A DNA stretch of 64,000 nt, from NCBI GenBank assembly GCA_048772705.1, contig JBLWGC010000035.1:372001-436000 (forward strand), written 5' to 3'. The position numbers and the translations under genes were made by a program. This stretch comes from Leidyana gryllorum EB-2025a. Lineage: Eukaryota > Protista > Apicomplexa. The notes beneath the pieces are model-generated. The model was not told the DNA's origin. It saw only the letters and a program-made list of their open reading frames with translations, and searched no databases. Shown one piece after another: positions 45,639-56,865 of this stretch (position 1 is the first letter of the stretch; each line of letters starts with the position of its first letter).

Positions 45639-46364
45639 GAGACACCAAAACTGACGACTCGAATAGCCCCTCCTTCCCCCTGCTGTCCCTTATCCCCTGC
45701 TGATGTGAAAGCGCGAGTATTTCATCCCCTGTACCCTCGATTTTCCAATCTCCACAAACTGGATCACCCATGATCGCGAAATGACGCTGTCTCAGACGCA
45801 CAGCCTGCCTGGATCAGGCAGCTGACCGAGCTCTTCTCATATTTTTGTCATAGTGATAACTGCCCTTTGTGCTCACCGCGTACCGCACGTGTGTGAGTTG
45901 TTTGTGGTTTCGGTTATTTAAGTACGCAATACATAGGAGGGTGCTCAAAAATGCCGAAACAGAGTGCAGCTCGCCGTAAGTGTCACAGGCAGAACATACT
46001 ATCGACAGATGTGAGCTGGTTTTGACATGAACAGTTGTATCACAGGCGTTTTGATTTCAGTCGGTAGAAGATTGAGCAACAAGACGTCGTATGTTTGGCC
46101 AGCTTGACTTCATTCCGATTCATCTCTTGATTGATCTCAAGAATGGTACGATTGCTCGCAGTTTACTGGGGGATCATTGAGACGAGTTGGTATATAAGGA
46201 TACGAGCCTTCATTATTAGTCAAAGAGACTTGTTGCTGGCTGGTTGATCAAATGTGCCTGTGCTTCAAATGCAGTAGGGGTTAATTGGGGTCACACCGTA
46301 TACAAATGTGTACGAATTCGCGTCTGGTGCTGGTGTGATCGGCCTTTCCCAAATCGTTTATGAT

Positions 46365-47708
46365 CTAAGGCTCGATAGCAGCAGCAATACCAGTTGTAGT
46401 TTGAGGAGTACTGTCACCCTTTGTGTCGAACTTGTTGAGGGAGTTGGGTAATTCGGAGTGGTTTCGAAGTATTTCTTCTCCACTTGGTGCTTCTCGTTGG
46501 CCAACATCCTCATCATCAGAGTCCGCTAGGTCGCCGGTGCAGAAACAGGGCACTGGATACTTCAGATCTTTGTAGAGTTGGGGCGTCCTCTGCCTGGTAA
46601 CACCCGGAATAATGAACGCATAAATGAAGAAACCGACGGCTGCAAGTATTAGGGCAACGAGTTGTTCCCAAGCGTAATCTTGCCACCGAAGGCAGAGTTC
46701 AATCACCCATAAAATAGGGGAGCGGAGAGAGTAAATAACAGCTCGGAGGAGTCCGGAGCCGAGCTTTGTGGTGCAAATGGAACCGCCATTGAAGATGAAG
46801 ACAACAACGAGGTACCAAAAGTTACCAATCATGATGTTCTTGTTGTGATTCATTTGGTACCATCCGTGTTTGATGTTGCTGATCCCAGTCCAATGAGCGA
46901 TTCCGATAGCCAGGATGTTCATTGCCACCCCAAAAATTCCTTGAAGCCCCATACACCCCATGGGAGGGAAGTAAGCGCGCTTAAAGTACCACTCCTCGAG
47001 GATAATTTGGAAGGCATTGAATACGGTTCCAGCTAAAGTAAGTACAATACCCAGCCAGGCCTTATCCGAGTCGATATTTGTCTCGGTCTCCGGGTTACGA
47101 ATGGCCTGTACACCCGCCACAACCATTCCCGCTGTCATGATTGCAATACCAATCCATTGGTGGACGCGCAATGGACGGCGCATCATTACAATAGAGAAGA
47201 AAGAGGTACATATCAACATTGTGTTCCGCAACATTTGAATTGTGGAGGCGTACGACATGGTGAAAGCCATGTTGACAAAAGCTGTGCCAATCAAATCCAG
47301 CAACCCGGGAAAGATCCACCACCAAATAGGTGTCCGTGGCTTGTTGAAGGAAGCTTCGTTATTCGGGAATTCGATGTACATCAGTTTCCTTCCAGACCGG
47401 TCACGTAACTTCACTTCAACCCACCACACGATCAGACACATAGATTCCCCACAAAACATGATGAAAGTTTGCCAATACGGCTGGTCGAAAAACTCCGCTT
47501 TGCAACCATCACAAACAGGATAAGATTCGCGATTTTGCAGCTTGACGGCAAGTACACACATCAAGCCTGCGATCAACGTTGTACTCGCGGCCACTGCAAC
47601 CAACCATGGTTTCGGTGGTTGCAGTGTGAATGAATCGGAAGGGGAGACTGGCTCTGCCAGCTCCTGGTGCGTCTGCACTTCAACTTCGTTTTCACCATTA
47701 TTATGCAT
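46365..47708 (-). CDS. SLC35F6-like drug/metabolite (nucleotide-sugar transporter-related) membrane protein, intronless
   Basis: FDQPYWQTFIMFCGESMCL, PGLLDLIGT, ASTIQMLR, QIILEE; about 10 transmembrane segments. Confidence 0.85.
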   Translation of the reverse strand: MHNNGENEVEVQTHQELAEPVSPSDSFTLQPPKPWLVAVAASTTLIAGLMCVLAVKLQNRESYPVCDGCKAEFFDQPYWQTFIMFCGESMCLIVWWVEVKLRDRSGRKLMYIEFPNNEASFNKPRTPIWWWIFPGLLDLIGTAFVNMAFTMSYASTIQMLRNTMLICTSFFSIVMMRRPLRVHQWIGIAIMTAGMVVAGVQAIRNPETETNIDSDKAWLGIVLTLAGTVFNAFQIILEEWYFKRAYFPPMGCMGLQGIFGVAMNILAIGIAHWTGISNIKHGWYQMNHNKNIMIGNFWYLVVVFIFNGGSICTTKLGSGLLRAVIYSLRSPILWVIELCLRWQDYAWEQLVALILAAVGFFIYAFIIPGVTRQRTPQLYKDLKYPVPCFCTGDLADSDDEDVGQREAPSGEEILRNHSELPNSLNKFDTKGDSTPQTTTGIAAAIEP

Positions 47709-48429
47709 AGTAGAAGTGTAATTCGAACTCACGACTTGTAACTACACGTAGAACTTGATACTAACTTTTTTTTCTTCCGAAATTACGACCACCAAAAAGG
47801 TTCCTGTGACAGAGATCCTCTGCACACACCTTCCAAAGAAATACAAACAATACACTTGCTGCTCAGCTATCCTCCACATTCACGTCTCCGGTGCCAATTT
47901 TGTCTGAGACCCATAGATCAGAGAGTGTAGATATTATCCGAGGATCGCCATCTTGATAGACTGATTATCTGGCAACTATACGACGGCCCCTCTTGAGAGA
48001 GACTATTAGACGATATTGCAAATTCAGGCTCGCAGTTCGATCTATGTAGCGAGTGAGTTGACTATCGATGTGGTCGTGAGAGACTCCCATTCTGCACCGC
48101 ACGCCTGCCAAAGACCCATCAATGTGTGGGGGCTCCAGCGGGAGGCCGTCACATTGTGAGACATTTGGGCTTGGGATATACCCCAGGTCGGGTAAACCCC
48201 AAGTCACATCGGCCAAGAGTACCGATAAAATGATCTCCTCGAGACAGTGATTGCCGATTGTTTGATTGCGAATCCGAACTCCGGCAGCGCCAGGCGGGAT
48301 GAAATGGATGAGTTGATGAAAGTATTCACATAGCGAGGAGGTGTGCAAAATGACGATAGATACTGTTGACGAGGGAAGCAGCCGATGTGACTACACATCC
48401 ACAGTTGTGGATTTTTTTTTGGCCTAACA

Positions 48430-49961
48430 ATGCAGGTTGCAGAGGAGGGAGCTATCAAATCGTGCGTACTGTGGGTGCCCCGTGGTCGGGCCCAGGTCCA
48501 ATCATCGCCCACCATCGAAGAACCCCAGCAGCCCACTGCCTCTCAGGATGCGAGTGCAGCTGCTGCGGCTGCTGCCAGCACGGCGGCTAATGCGATACCT
48601 ATGGGCGAAGACCCTATTGACCGAGAGCTGAATATGGCCGGTTACGACGACGAAGACGGCATGACTGACACGCCCTTTGGAGTCAGTCGGCAAGATATCG
48701 AACTTGCGGCGGCTGGCGACCCTCTGCTGCGCGATGCTGACGAGAACGACTCAGATGACGACTCTGAGGCGGACCGGGAAATTCGACCTTCCGACTTCGT
48801 ATTGGTCGTAGGAAACACGGAGAAGGTGGAAGAGAGTTCAATGGAGACATATCTTTATGACCACGAGGAAGGTTCCATCTTTCTGCATCACGATACAATG
48901 GTACGCCCTCAATTAAATCTCGGATGTCAAATCCCTCTCTCTCTCTTTGTCCTCAGATTCAACACTTTCCCACAGCTGTTGAGCTAATTGATTCGTTTGG
49001 TACTCACCAAAGCACCCAATTATTGGCGGTGGGCTCTATGGCGCCCGTCATCGAAGTTTGGGACAACAATGTGGTCGATGCCTTGGAGCCGATTGGCATC
49101 CTGGGCAAGACCAATGTTAGTGAAGAGAAGGCCGAGCAGCTGGCCTGCACAGCATTACATAGCAATCCAGTGGTTCGGTGAGTATAACTCGTTGTGATGC
49201 CCTCACATCTGTGCCGACTTGCAGAACCCAATTGGCATCTGCCCATGCCCACCGCACTGTTCTCATCTGGGATCTGCCCAGTATGAGCCGCGCTCAAAAG
49301 ATGATTTTGCACGAATCATCAGTCGCTGCGGTGCAGTGGCATCCTGTGGAAGCCACAGTATTGGCGACCGGAGGCGATGATAAATTCATGCGGGTCATTG
49401 ACATCCGCACTCCGACCAAAGGAGCGGTAAGAACATTCACGGCGGTGTGCTAGGAGACACGTGTTCTACTTTTTAGAGTCTGAATATGAACGCTGAAGTT
49501 GAGGACGTGTGCTGGAATCGTCACAATCCTTATGTACTCATGGGTGCTTTGGGCGATGGACGCTTTGTTGGGATGGATGTTCGAAATATGCCGTCGCCAG
49601 AGGGAGGAGACGGATCTCTGTTATGGGAGATCGAAGCCGCCGATAGCCCTCTGCTATGCGTTGCCGATACACTGGGTAAGCTGTGTGTGTGAATCTAATT
49701 GTATGACGCCTTGTGACAGTCCCGGGAATGGCAATCACGGGAGGAGAAGATGGTGTCGCCACTGTATGGGACATTCGCGGGACAAGTGGTGGTGCCAAGT
49801 TGGTTGCTAGCCGTGATCTGAAGGTTGGGGCACTATTCTGCTGTCGGAGTACCCCGGATACGAACGAGGCGACTTTAGTCGCTTTTGGCGGACGAGAGGT
49901 GGTAGTGTGGGACGTCGCTGAAAGCGCGCCCGTGGTGTCGTGCTTTGCTGCTTCAAGTTGA
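48430..49961 (+). CDS. PWP1: Periodic tryptophan protein 1 (WD40, ribosome biogenesis); multi-exon
   Basis: SCVLWVPRG, ELNMAGYDDE, IRPSDFVLVVG, METYLYD...FLHHD, AVGSMAPVIEVWD...DALEP. Confidence 0.88.
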
Positions 49962-50051
49962 AAGGGAAAAGCAAAGAAGAGAAGCGTTGAGCATCATCGA
50001 GAGGCGCTGGGCCGGAAGTCTTTTCTGGACGTTTTCCGCACGCGCGACGCA

Positions 50052-52471
50052 ATGGCTTCCACTGGCGGCGGCGAGGGAGGGGCTTTGAGCTCAGCAGGGA
50101 CGACGACGATTGGCTCGAACTGCACTACGGATCAACTATTATTGGAGGGCGATCTTCTGACGAGTAACAGCCGAGTGAAAAACAGCGAGCCACCCACTTC
50201 GAGCTGTGCTCTACTTGAAGCTTTGAATCAATTACGAGTGGATAATCAAGCAGTGGATTTGCTGCTCAGACAGTACGTACTCAAGCAGAAAGATGCGTTG
50301 GACTCTATGCTCGTCAATGTTACTCAACTGTTGAAGAATCAAACGGCCGTGATAGACTTGGCCTGTGACTGTCTGCGCCACGAACATGGTGCTAACGGTC
50401 CTACCCCTGTTGTGGATGTTATGGAAGGCGTACCAGCGCAACTGTCGGCTTCGGCAGTGTGTGCTGCATCGTGTGTGGGTCGTCCTGACCTGAGCGCGAC
50501 GTCTCTGCGCCTCTTCCGATCGGCCTTGCAGCGACAACAACAGATTCTGCGTCCGCGCCCGTTAATTGGGTCGCCTGTTATCACTAACTCGCCTCCAATT
50601 CGGGCCCGTCTACTGGCAGCGGCAACGCGGAGACCCCACAGCGGAAGCAAATTGGAAGAAACAACGACCACCACTGAGCAACTTTCACCGTTAGTGCGGA
50701 ACCTTTTATCTTCAGCTTCCTGGAAAAAGACTTACGATCGTGCGTTCGAACCATTGGATCCCGTCATAGAAACGCCACCGCCTGACGCTGCTGCGACTCT
50801 TGCGGCTATAGTCTCCCAAACCACCACTTCGAAGGAAGACAACAGTAGTTATGCTGAGCGACTGGTCCAATCTATCTTCCCATCAGCGTTGCTGCTCAAC
50901 TCCGTGGTTGATGATTTACCTTCCCCTCCAGCAGCTTCAGGTCAACAACAAGCAGCAATTGACGGCTGTAGCAGCTCGTCGGCTACGAATTCCAACAACT
51001 CCAACACTCTTGTCCATCTGGTTGCTCCCCCAAACCCCTCAATGCCCCAAAGAATCGAACCGCTCGTTCGACAAATTATGACCGTTGAAATGGCCAAAAG
51101 GGTAAGTGCTCCTCCACCCGCCAACATGATTCCCCCCAATCGCTACCGATGGTAGAGACAAAAGACCTGAGCTAAGCAGCGCGTACCCAGTTCGACACAT
51201 AGAAATCGCTCGCACACACGCACGCACGATCTTTCGTCAGACCGTAGATGGCTGTTGGGGAGGAAAGTTGAGTGACAGACTGATTTAGAGATCGATAGAT
51301 ATATTGCAGCCCAATTTGATTGGACGAGATGACTACCTATTCATCGAATGGTTCGGGGCCGGCGAGTACCCCAACCGTTCATATCCCTTCGGAGGCTTCC
51401 GGGCAGAGATCATTCACAACAGAGCGGCTGAATCACTGCTTGAGGACCTAACGGTGCCCACTGGAGCAATTTCCGAGTCCCCCGCTGGAGGCGAGATTGA
51501 TCCCTCTTCATCAACCTCCGCGGCACCCGAGGATGCTTCACGCCGGAATCCGCAACTAGGCCGCTTTGATCCCCGATATGCCCAAATGCTGTTCGAAACT
51601 GAGTGCACGAGGATAGACGCACCCACCCGAGATGCTTGTCTGATAGGTAAGGTTTGAAGAGAGGGGAGGGTCAGTAGGATATGTTCATTTTGCTCAGCAT
51701 TGACAACCATACTTGACTGGGCAGAGCGTCGAGTCACTTTCCACAACCTTCCGTCGACCCGAAGTGCTGCGGCTACCGATAGCATTAAGCAGCCATCCTC
51801 TTCTGATGATGCGACAGCCGACACGGAGACGCTTTTCAATTGGAATGGGTCTTTCCAGGCGCTTTCGACACAGCCTCTTCCTACAGACTACGGCCGCTCC
51901 GACCTATTCGACAAACGAGGGTCAATGCGGTACATACAGTTGGCCGCGAATGCACCTCCTGTACCAGAGTCTATGAACGAGCTGCGTCGAAAGGCCCGCA
52001 ATTTCAACAATTGGTACGGCGTTGCCTATGGGAATGGAATGTGGAAGGCGGAGGTTGTGGTAGACCAGCTGAACGCGAAGCGCAACAGTTTTCAGCGCTC
52101 TTTACGTCAGATGTCGTATCAGAGAGCGCAAGTAGAGGTGATGCGTTGGCTGTTCCGCAAGTGCCACGACCTCCGCATTAGAGCGTTCCGCTATAAAGGT
52201 CGCAGAGACGAATTCCTGGTAAGATTGTGATCACGGGAGATGTTCAGATATTTGTGTCACATCACAGATCACTTTCGGACGCAACGGGGGTGTCATTGGA
52301 GCAACTACCAGCTCGCCATCGCCGAGTCGTAGCCTCCCCGACAACAACTCGCGAATTTCCAGCGCTGAAGACGGCGTTGGGGCGTTCGAGCCTTTGAGAG
52401 GACCCAGCAAACGTCGAACACCCGCCGAAGTCGTCGTCGAAGATGGTGTGAAGAAACATCGCAGATTGTAG
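50052..52471 (+). CDS. Low-complexity nuclear protein with a possible divergent AP2-like DNA-binding domain; multi-exon
   Basis: Short introns join ORFs 50052-51155, 51304-51657 and 51700-52230. Segment YGVAYGNGMWKAEV...SLRQMSYQRAQVEVMRW; basic C-terminus KKHRRL. Confidence 0.55.
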
Positions 52472-52510
52472 CGCTACTTAATGCTTTCTTACCTCTAACA
52501 AAAAAAAGAA

Positions 52511-53864
52511 ATGACTACCCCTATCCCCCAACATATGGACGATGTCCTGGGTATTTATGTCAGAATCATCGAGGGTATGTTTGCTACCCACACATGCCAC
52601 CGTGTCATCGAGATGATGTGCAACAGAGACTATGGCCCGTTCGGAGGGCTTACAGAATCCGAAAATCCTTGAGCAGGTCAAGGACCGCTGGCTGAAGAAT
52701 ATCAAGGACCGTATAGCGAACCCGACAGCGGCAACAAAAGACACTGCGACTCTTGACACCACTTCTGGGGGCGAAAGGCTGGCCCAGGTTGATTTGAATG
52801 CAGTCAAAATCAGAGTCAGAGATGATCATCTCCAGAGTAATGATCTATCACAAAGAGTCACCGACTCCTCGCGGTAATTACTAAATGCTGCTGTGGTTGC
52901 TGTGGTTCGCGCTTGTAAAGGCTATGACTCGTACGGCACACAATGCCTAGAGAGTGATCTGCCACTATGTGTATCGTAATTGCGTCCAACGACGCCGCAT
53001 TCGTATCCTAGCACCTTTCTGTACATAGGCCCCGCCCTGACGATGTGGCTGATCGACAAGGGAGTCGATTGAAGGGTCGACCTGGCTTTCAAGCTGGAGA
53101 GGTCCCCAACTTGTGGACGGGTCAGGCTCTGTGGGACCCTGCTGGGCCCACTACAGCAACCAGGACGGATCCTTCTGGTCGTCCTGTTGGAATAGGCACG
53201 CAACCCCAACCCATAGACCTTGCAGACCCCGACAACGACCCACGAGCCCAGGAGCCAGGCCCAATCGTGCCGTTCTATGTGAACCGCGAAGGAGAATTTT
53301 GGGATGACTGGATCATGGCTGAGGCAGTCCCTGATGAGCAAATACCCATCCCAACTGAGGAGGAAATCGCCAGAGAAGCGGCTGGAGGATCAATGGCCGA
53401 AGGAGCTGGCGGAAATGATGCTGCACACTTGGGACGAGACGCCAGCCCAGTCGAAGGCACCATGGATGCTGAAGGGACCTATGTGCCCCGTGAAGCAGAT
53501 TTTGCGACACGGGTAACGACTCAGTACGGCAGAACAGAGGGTCTGGGAGGGGTAGTTGATGGGGACTCTTCGAACGCATACAATTGGGATAATCCCGACG
53601 AGGTGGACAACGACCTGGATAACGTTAGTGACCTCGCTGACGAAGAACCCGAGTCCTCTGACGTGATAGTGGGTCAAATGGACGCTGTCCTTCGTCCCCC
53701 TGGCAGACGAGTTACTAGCATCGGTTTGTGGAGAATAAGGGTCCGCAATGGCATTGCAAAGGTAGAGCCCACTCAACACACGTGTGTACACACATATATA
53801 TTTGTTTCAGATTAATGGGCAGGAGTTTTTCTTCGACAGTCTTCAGGCAGAATTAGAATTCTGA
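52511..53864 (+). CDS. GTF2A1: Transcription factor IIA large (alpha/beta) subunit; multi-exon
   Basis: N-terminal IYVRIIE...ILEQVKDRWLKNI, acidic linker, and C-terminal VIVGQMDAV...WRIRVRNGIAKINGQEFFF...AELEF. Confidence 0.85.
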
Positions 53865-53872
53865 TTTTCTGA

Positions 53873-55819
53873 ATGACAACCAAGACGTTGGAATACACGG
53901 AGGTGCCCATCGACTCGGTGGCTGTCTACCTCACGGGGGCTGAGCTGAACCGACGAGTGGACCTAACTTTTGACACTCCAGGGCCACAAACGGTCAAGAT
54001 TCTTTTGCCTGGGAATGATGCTGACTTGACTACTGTTCGTGCTGCCGTGATTGGCGGTACCGCGAAAGCAGATATAATCAAGTTGGATTCCGGAGTCGAT
54101 GAGTGGACCTTCTACAATCGGCTGGAACGGTACCCGGAAGCCAAGCCTATCTATGAAGAGTTTCTGACCTTGTGTAAAGCTTATCAAGAGTTGCGTGGCG
54201 AGGCTTTGGGGTTGACGGTGGCGTTGAGTAACGTCGAGAAGGTGCTCAAGTACCTGTGTTCGGACAAGTGTCCGGTAGCCATTTCTGACTTTGAGACTCA
54301 CTGCAAACTGATGAGGGAAGCACGCACCCATTCTCATCAGCTTAGCCACCGCCAGCAAGAAGTTGAGAGATTGAGTCGAGTCAGCCAAGCTGATATAATT
54401 GCGGTAACGCACAAGTTGAACGTGGCGATGAAGATGGGATTTAGTGTCGATCCCAGACATGCTCCAGTTACATGGCTGCGGAACTTGAACAAGCTATTGG
54501 TGCAGCCCAATGCTGTTGACAACCGTTCTTGGGTGCAACTGTCGTTATCTGTAGCTGAGCCAGGAAGCTTGACACTCAATGTCAGCTACTTGGCGAACAA
54601 TGCAACTTGGCGTCCGTCGTACGACTTCCGTATAGCAACGGGGCAAGACGAGGAGTTGGATTTGACATACTTTGCCTATATCTCCCAGACAACTGGTGAA
54701 GATTGGAAGGATGTGTCAGTCTCCCTCCATGCCGGGTCTCCGTCCAGTGAGTTTGCACAGCAGGTCACTTTTATGACGCTCTGATCTGCAGCTGCAGGGG
54801 GTCCCCCCGGATTGAGTCCTCTGACGGTGCGCTTGAAAGAGCAACCCAAGATGATGAAACCCATGATGATGCAGAAGGCATCCATGAGGTCTGCAGCACC
54901 AATGGCCGTCGAGTGTGCTGTTGCGGATGATGAATGTGAGGATGCGGAAATGGGCTATTGTCTTATGGATTCGGCCGCTCCAGCAGCTTCATTCGGAATG
55001 ATGAAACGCAAGAAGATGGCTCTCAAGGCAAAGGTTCGGGAGGGTTCAGAGGTCCAAGCGGCCTTTGACATACCCAAGCGTTGGAACATTGAGTCTTCGG
55101 CCCACGACCACCGCTTTGTTATCACGCAAGCGACTCTGAGATGCAACATTCTGAACTATTGCTCACCCGAAGCATCTCCAACAGTGTTCCGAGCTGCGCG
55201 TGTTGAGAACACGACTGGGTGCATCATGATGGCTGCTCCCGCTCAGGTGTATTGGGACGGATCGTTGATTGCTACAACGCAACTGAAGACCGTTGCCCCT
55301 GGAGATCACTTCGAAGCCTTCTTCGGTGAGGATGAGAGAGTGAGAATTGAAGTTCGGCCCGAGAAGACCAATAATAAGGTAAGAGGGGAGGTCAGGATGG
55401 CCCACTTTATCTTTCGGCACACAGACCCGCGGAATAGTGAACGTGTCGGCGGTTCGCGAGGTCTCCCATGCGTTGACCCTTCGCAACCAACGGGACCAAA
55501 CGCTACGCGTGATGATTGTTTATCGCCTGCCGGTATCTACCTCAGCGGCCATATCGGTTGTACCGGAGATTGGTCCGGTGAAGAGTGAGTTTGCAGTCGT
55601 GGAGTCGAATGGTTTTATTTTGTGTCAGAATGGGAAGGAGAGTCGGATCTGGAAGCGGTGGATGACGCCCACTGGTCTGATAAGACGGAGTGGTTACATA
55701 ATACAATCACGGACCACTGTATTCGTATCATCAAGGCTCCAGCACAATCGTCACATCCGGTGACCTTTAAGTACTATGTGGAGAACGCCAACAACAAACC
55801 TATAGTTATCGCGCCCTGA
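53873..55819 (+). CDS. DUF4140/DUF4139 (mucoidy inhibitor A-like) protein; multi-exon
   Basis: PIDSVAVYLTGAELNR, coiled-coil segment, SYLANNATWRPSYDFR, AYISQTTGEDWKDVSVSL, FFGEDERVRI. Confidence 0.85.
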
Positions 55820-55872
55820 ACGGAGCCCTTTTTGGTGGTGCGCGCGTGCAATAAAACATTTATGCATATAAA

Positions 55873-56843
55873 ATGAGACTTCAATCATCACTCGCGCGAC
55901 CTCTTACCTCCTTTCGGGGCTTCTCAGCCGTTGGGTGCCGTCGATTCACGAAAATTGTAAGTGAACCAACACTGTCCTGCACTGGACTCCTCCACTTCCA
56001 CAGGCTGATGGTCACTCACTTCGAACCAAGTTTCCCGTGAACTGCCCGAACTGTCGAGCAGCGCAACCTTCGTACAGCTTCAAGTGTCCCAAATGCGGCG
56101 GGCTGGGCGGCGTTATAGACGGAGAAGCTCGGGAGAAGCTCAATCCATATGACCTCTTTGATTGGTGAGACACAGCACTCTTCCGGTGGTGATGAACTCT
56201 TCTCAGTCTGCGAGAGAAGCCTATTGATTTTCGTGTCAGTACCGCTGAACTGCAGAAGGAGTATCGCGCGAGAATGCGCGATCTTCATCCCGATGTGATT
56301 CAAGCAGCAGGAGGCGAAGAGGTCAGTGTCACTTCGTGCCGCCGTCTCATGGCTGACTATCTCTATTTTTCAGAAGGAGACGGATGCCGCGGCTTTCCAC
56401 ACTGCGGTGTATACAAAAGCACTCAATGACCTCCGTGATCCTATCACTCGGGCGCTGGCTGTGCTACGCTATGTATTCGGAGTTAAAGCCCTGGAAGAGG
56501 AGAGCACCATTGACGATCAAGAATTCATCATTGAAGTCCTAGAGGCAACTGAAGAGGTCACCGAAGCTGAGTACCTATCAGAACACGAAGGACACAAGCT
56601 ACAGACGTGAGTTGGTGAAGTGTCATTCGATTTTATGTTTTCATCAGGGAATGGCAACGGAGGATGAAGGGGCTTCTCCAAGAGATCGAAGGTGGTTTTG
56701 ACACCCTAGCGGACCCCAAAGTGACGTCTCTGGACAGTTCGGACGCTCGGAAGGCTCTCAAACAGGTGGAGACGGCATTGGAGAAGTGTCGCGTGATCGA
56801 GAAGCTCCTCAATACGATTGCTGAAAAGCTTCCGGTGACGTAA
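55873..56843 (+). CDS. HSCB: Mitochondrial Fe-S cluster co-chaperone HscB/Jac1; multi-exon
   Basis: Arg/Ser-rich presequence, CPNC...CPKC zinc knuckle, J-domain LQKEYR...LHPD, LRDPITRA, DQEFIIEVLE. Confidence 0.85.
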
Positions 56844-56865
56844 TGTCTGCGCCAATTATATGTTA

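Noticed and set aside
47965-48348. 127-aa minus-strand ORF between the transporter and PWP1
   Set aside because: Non-ATG start, no recognisable motif and no convincing splice model.
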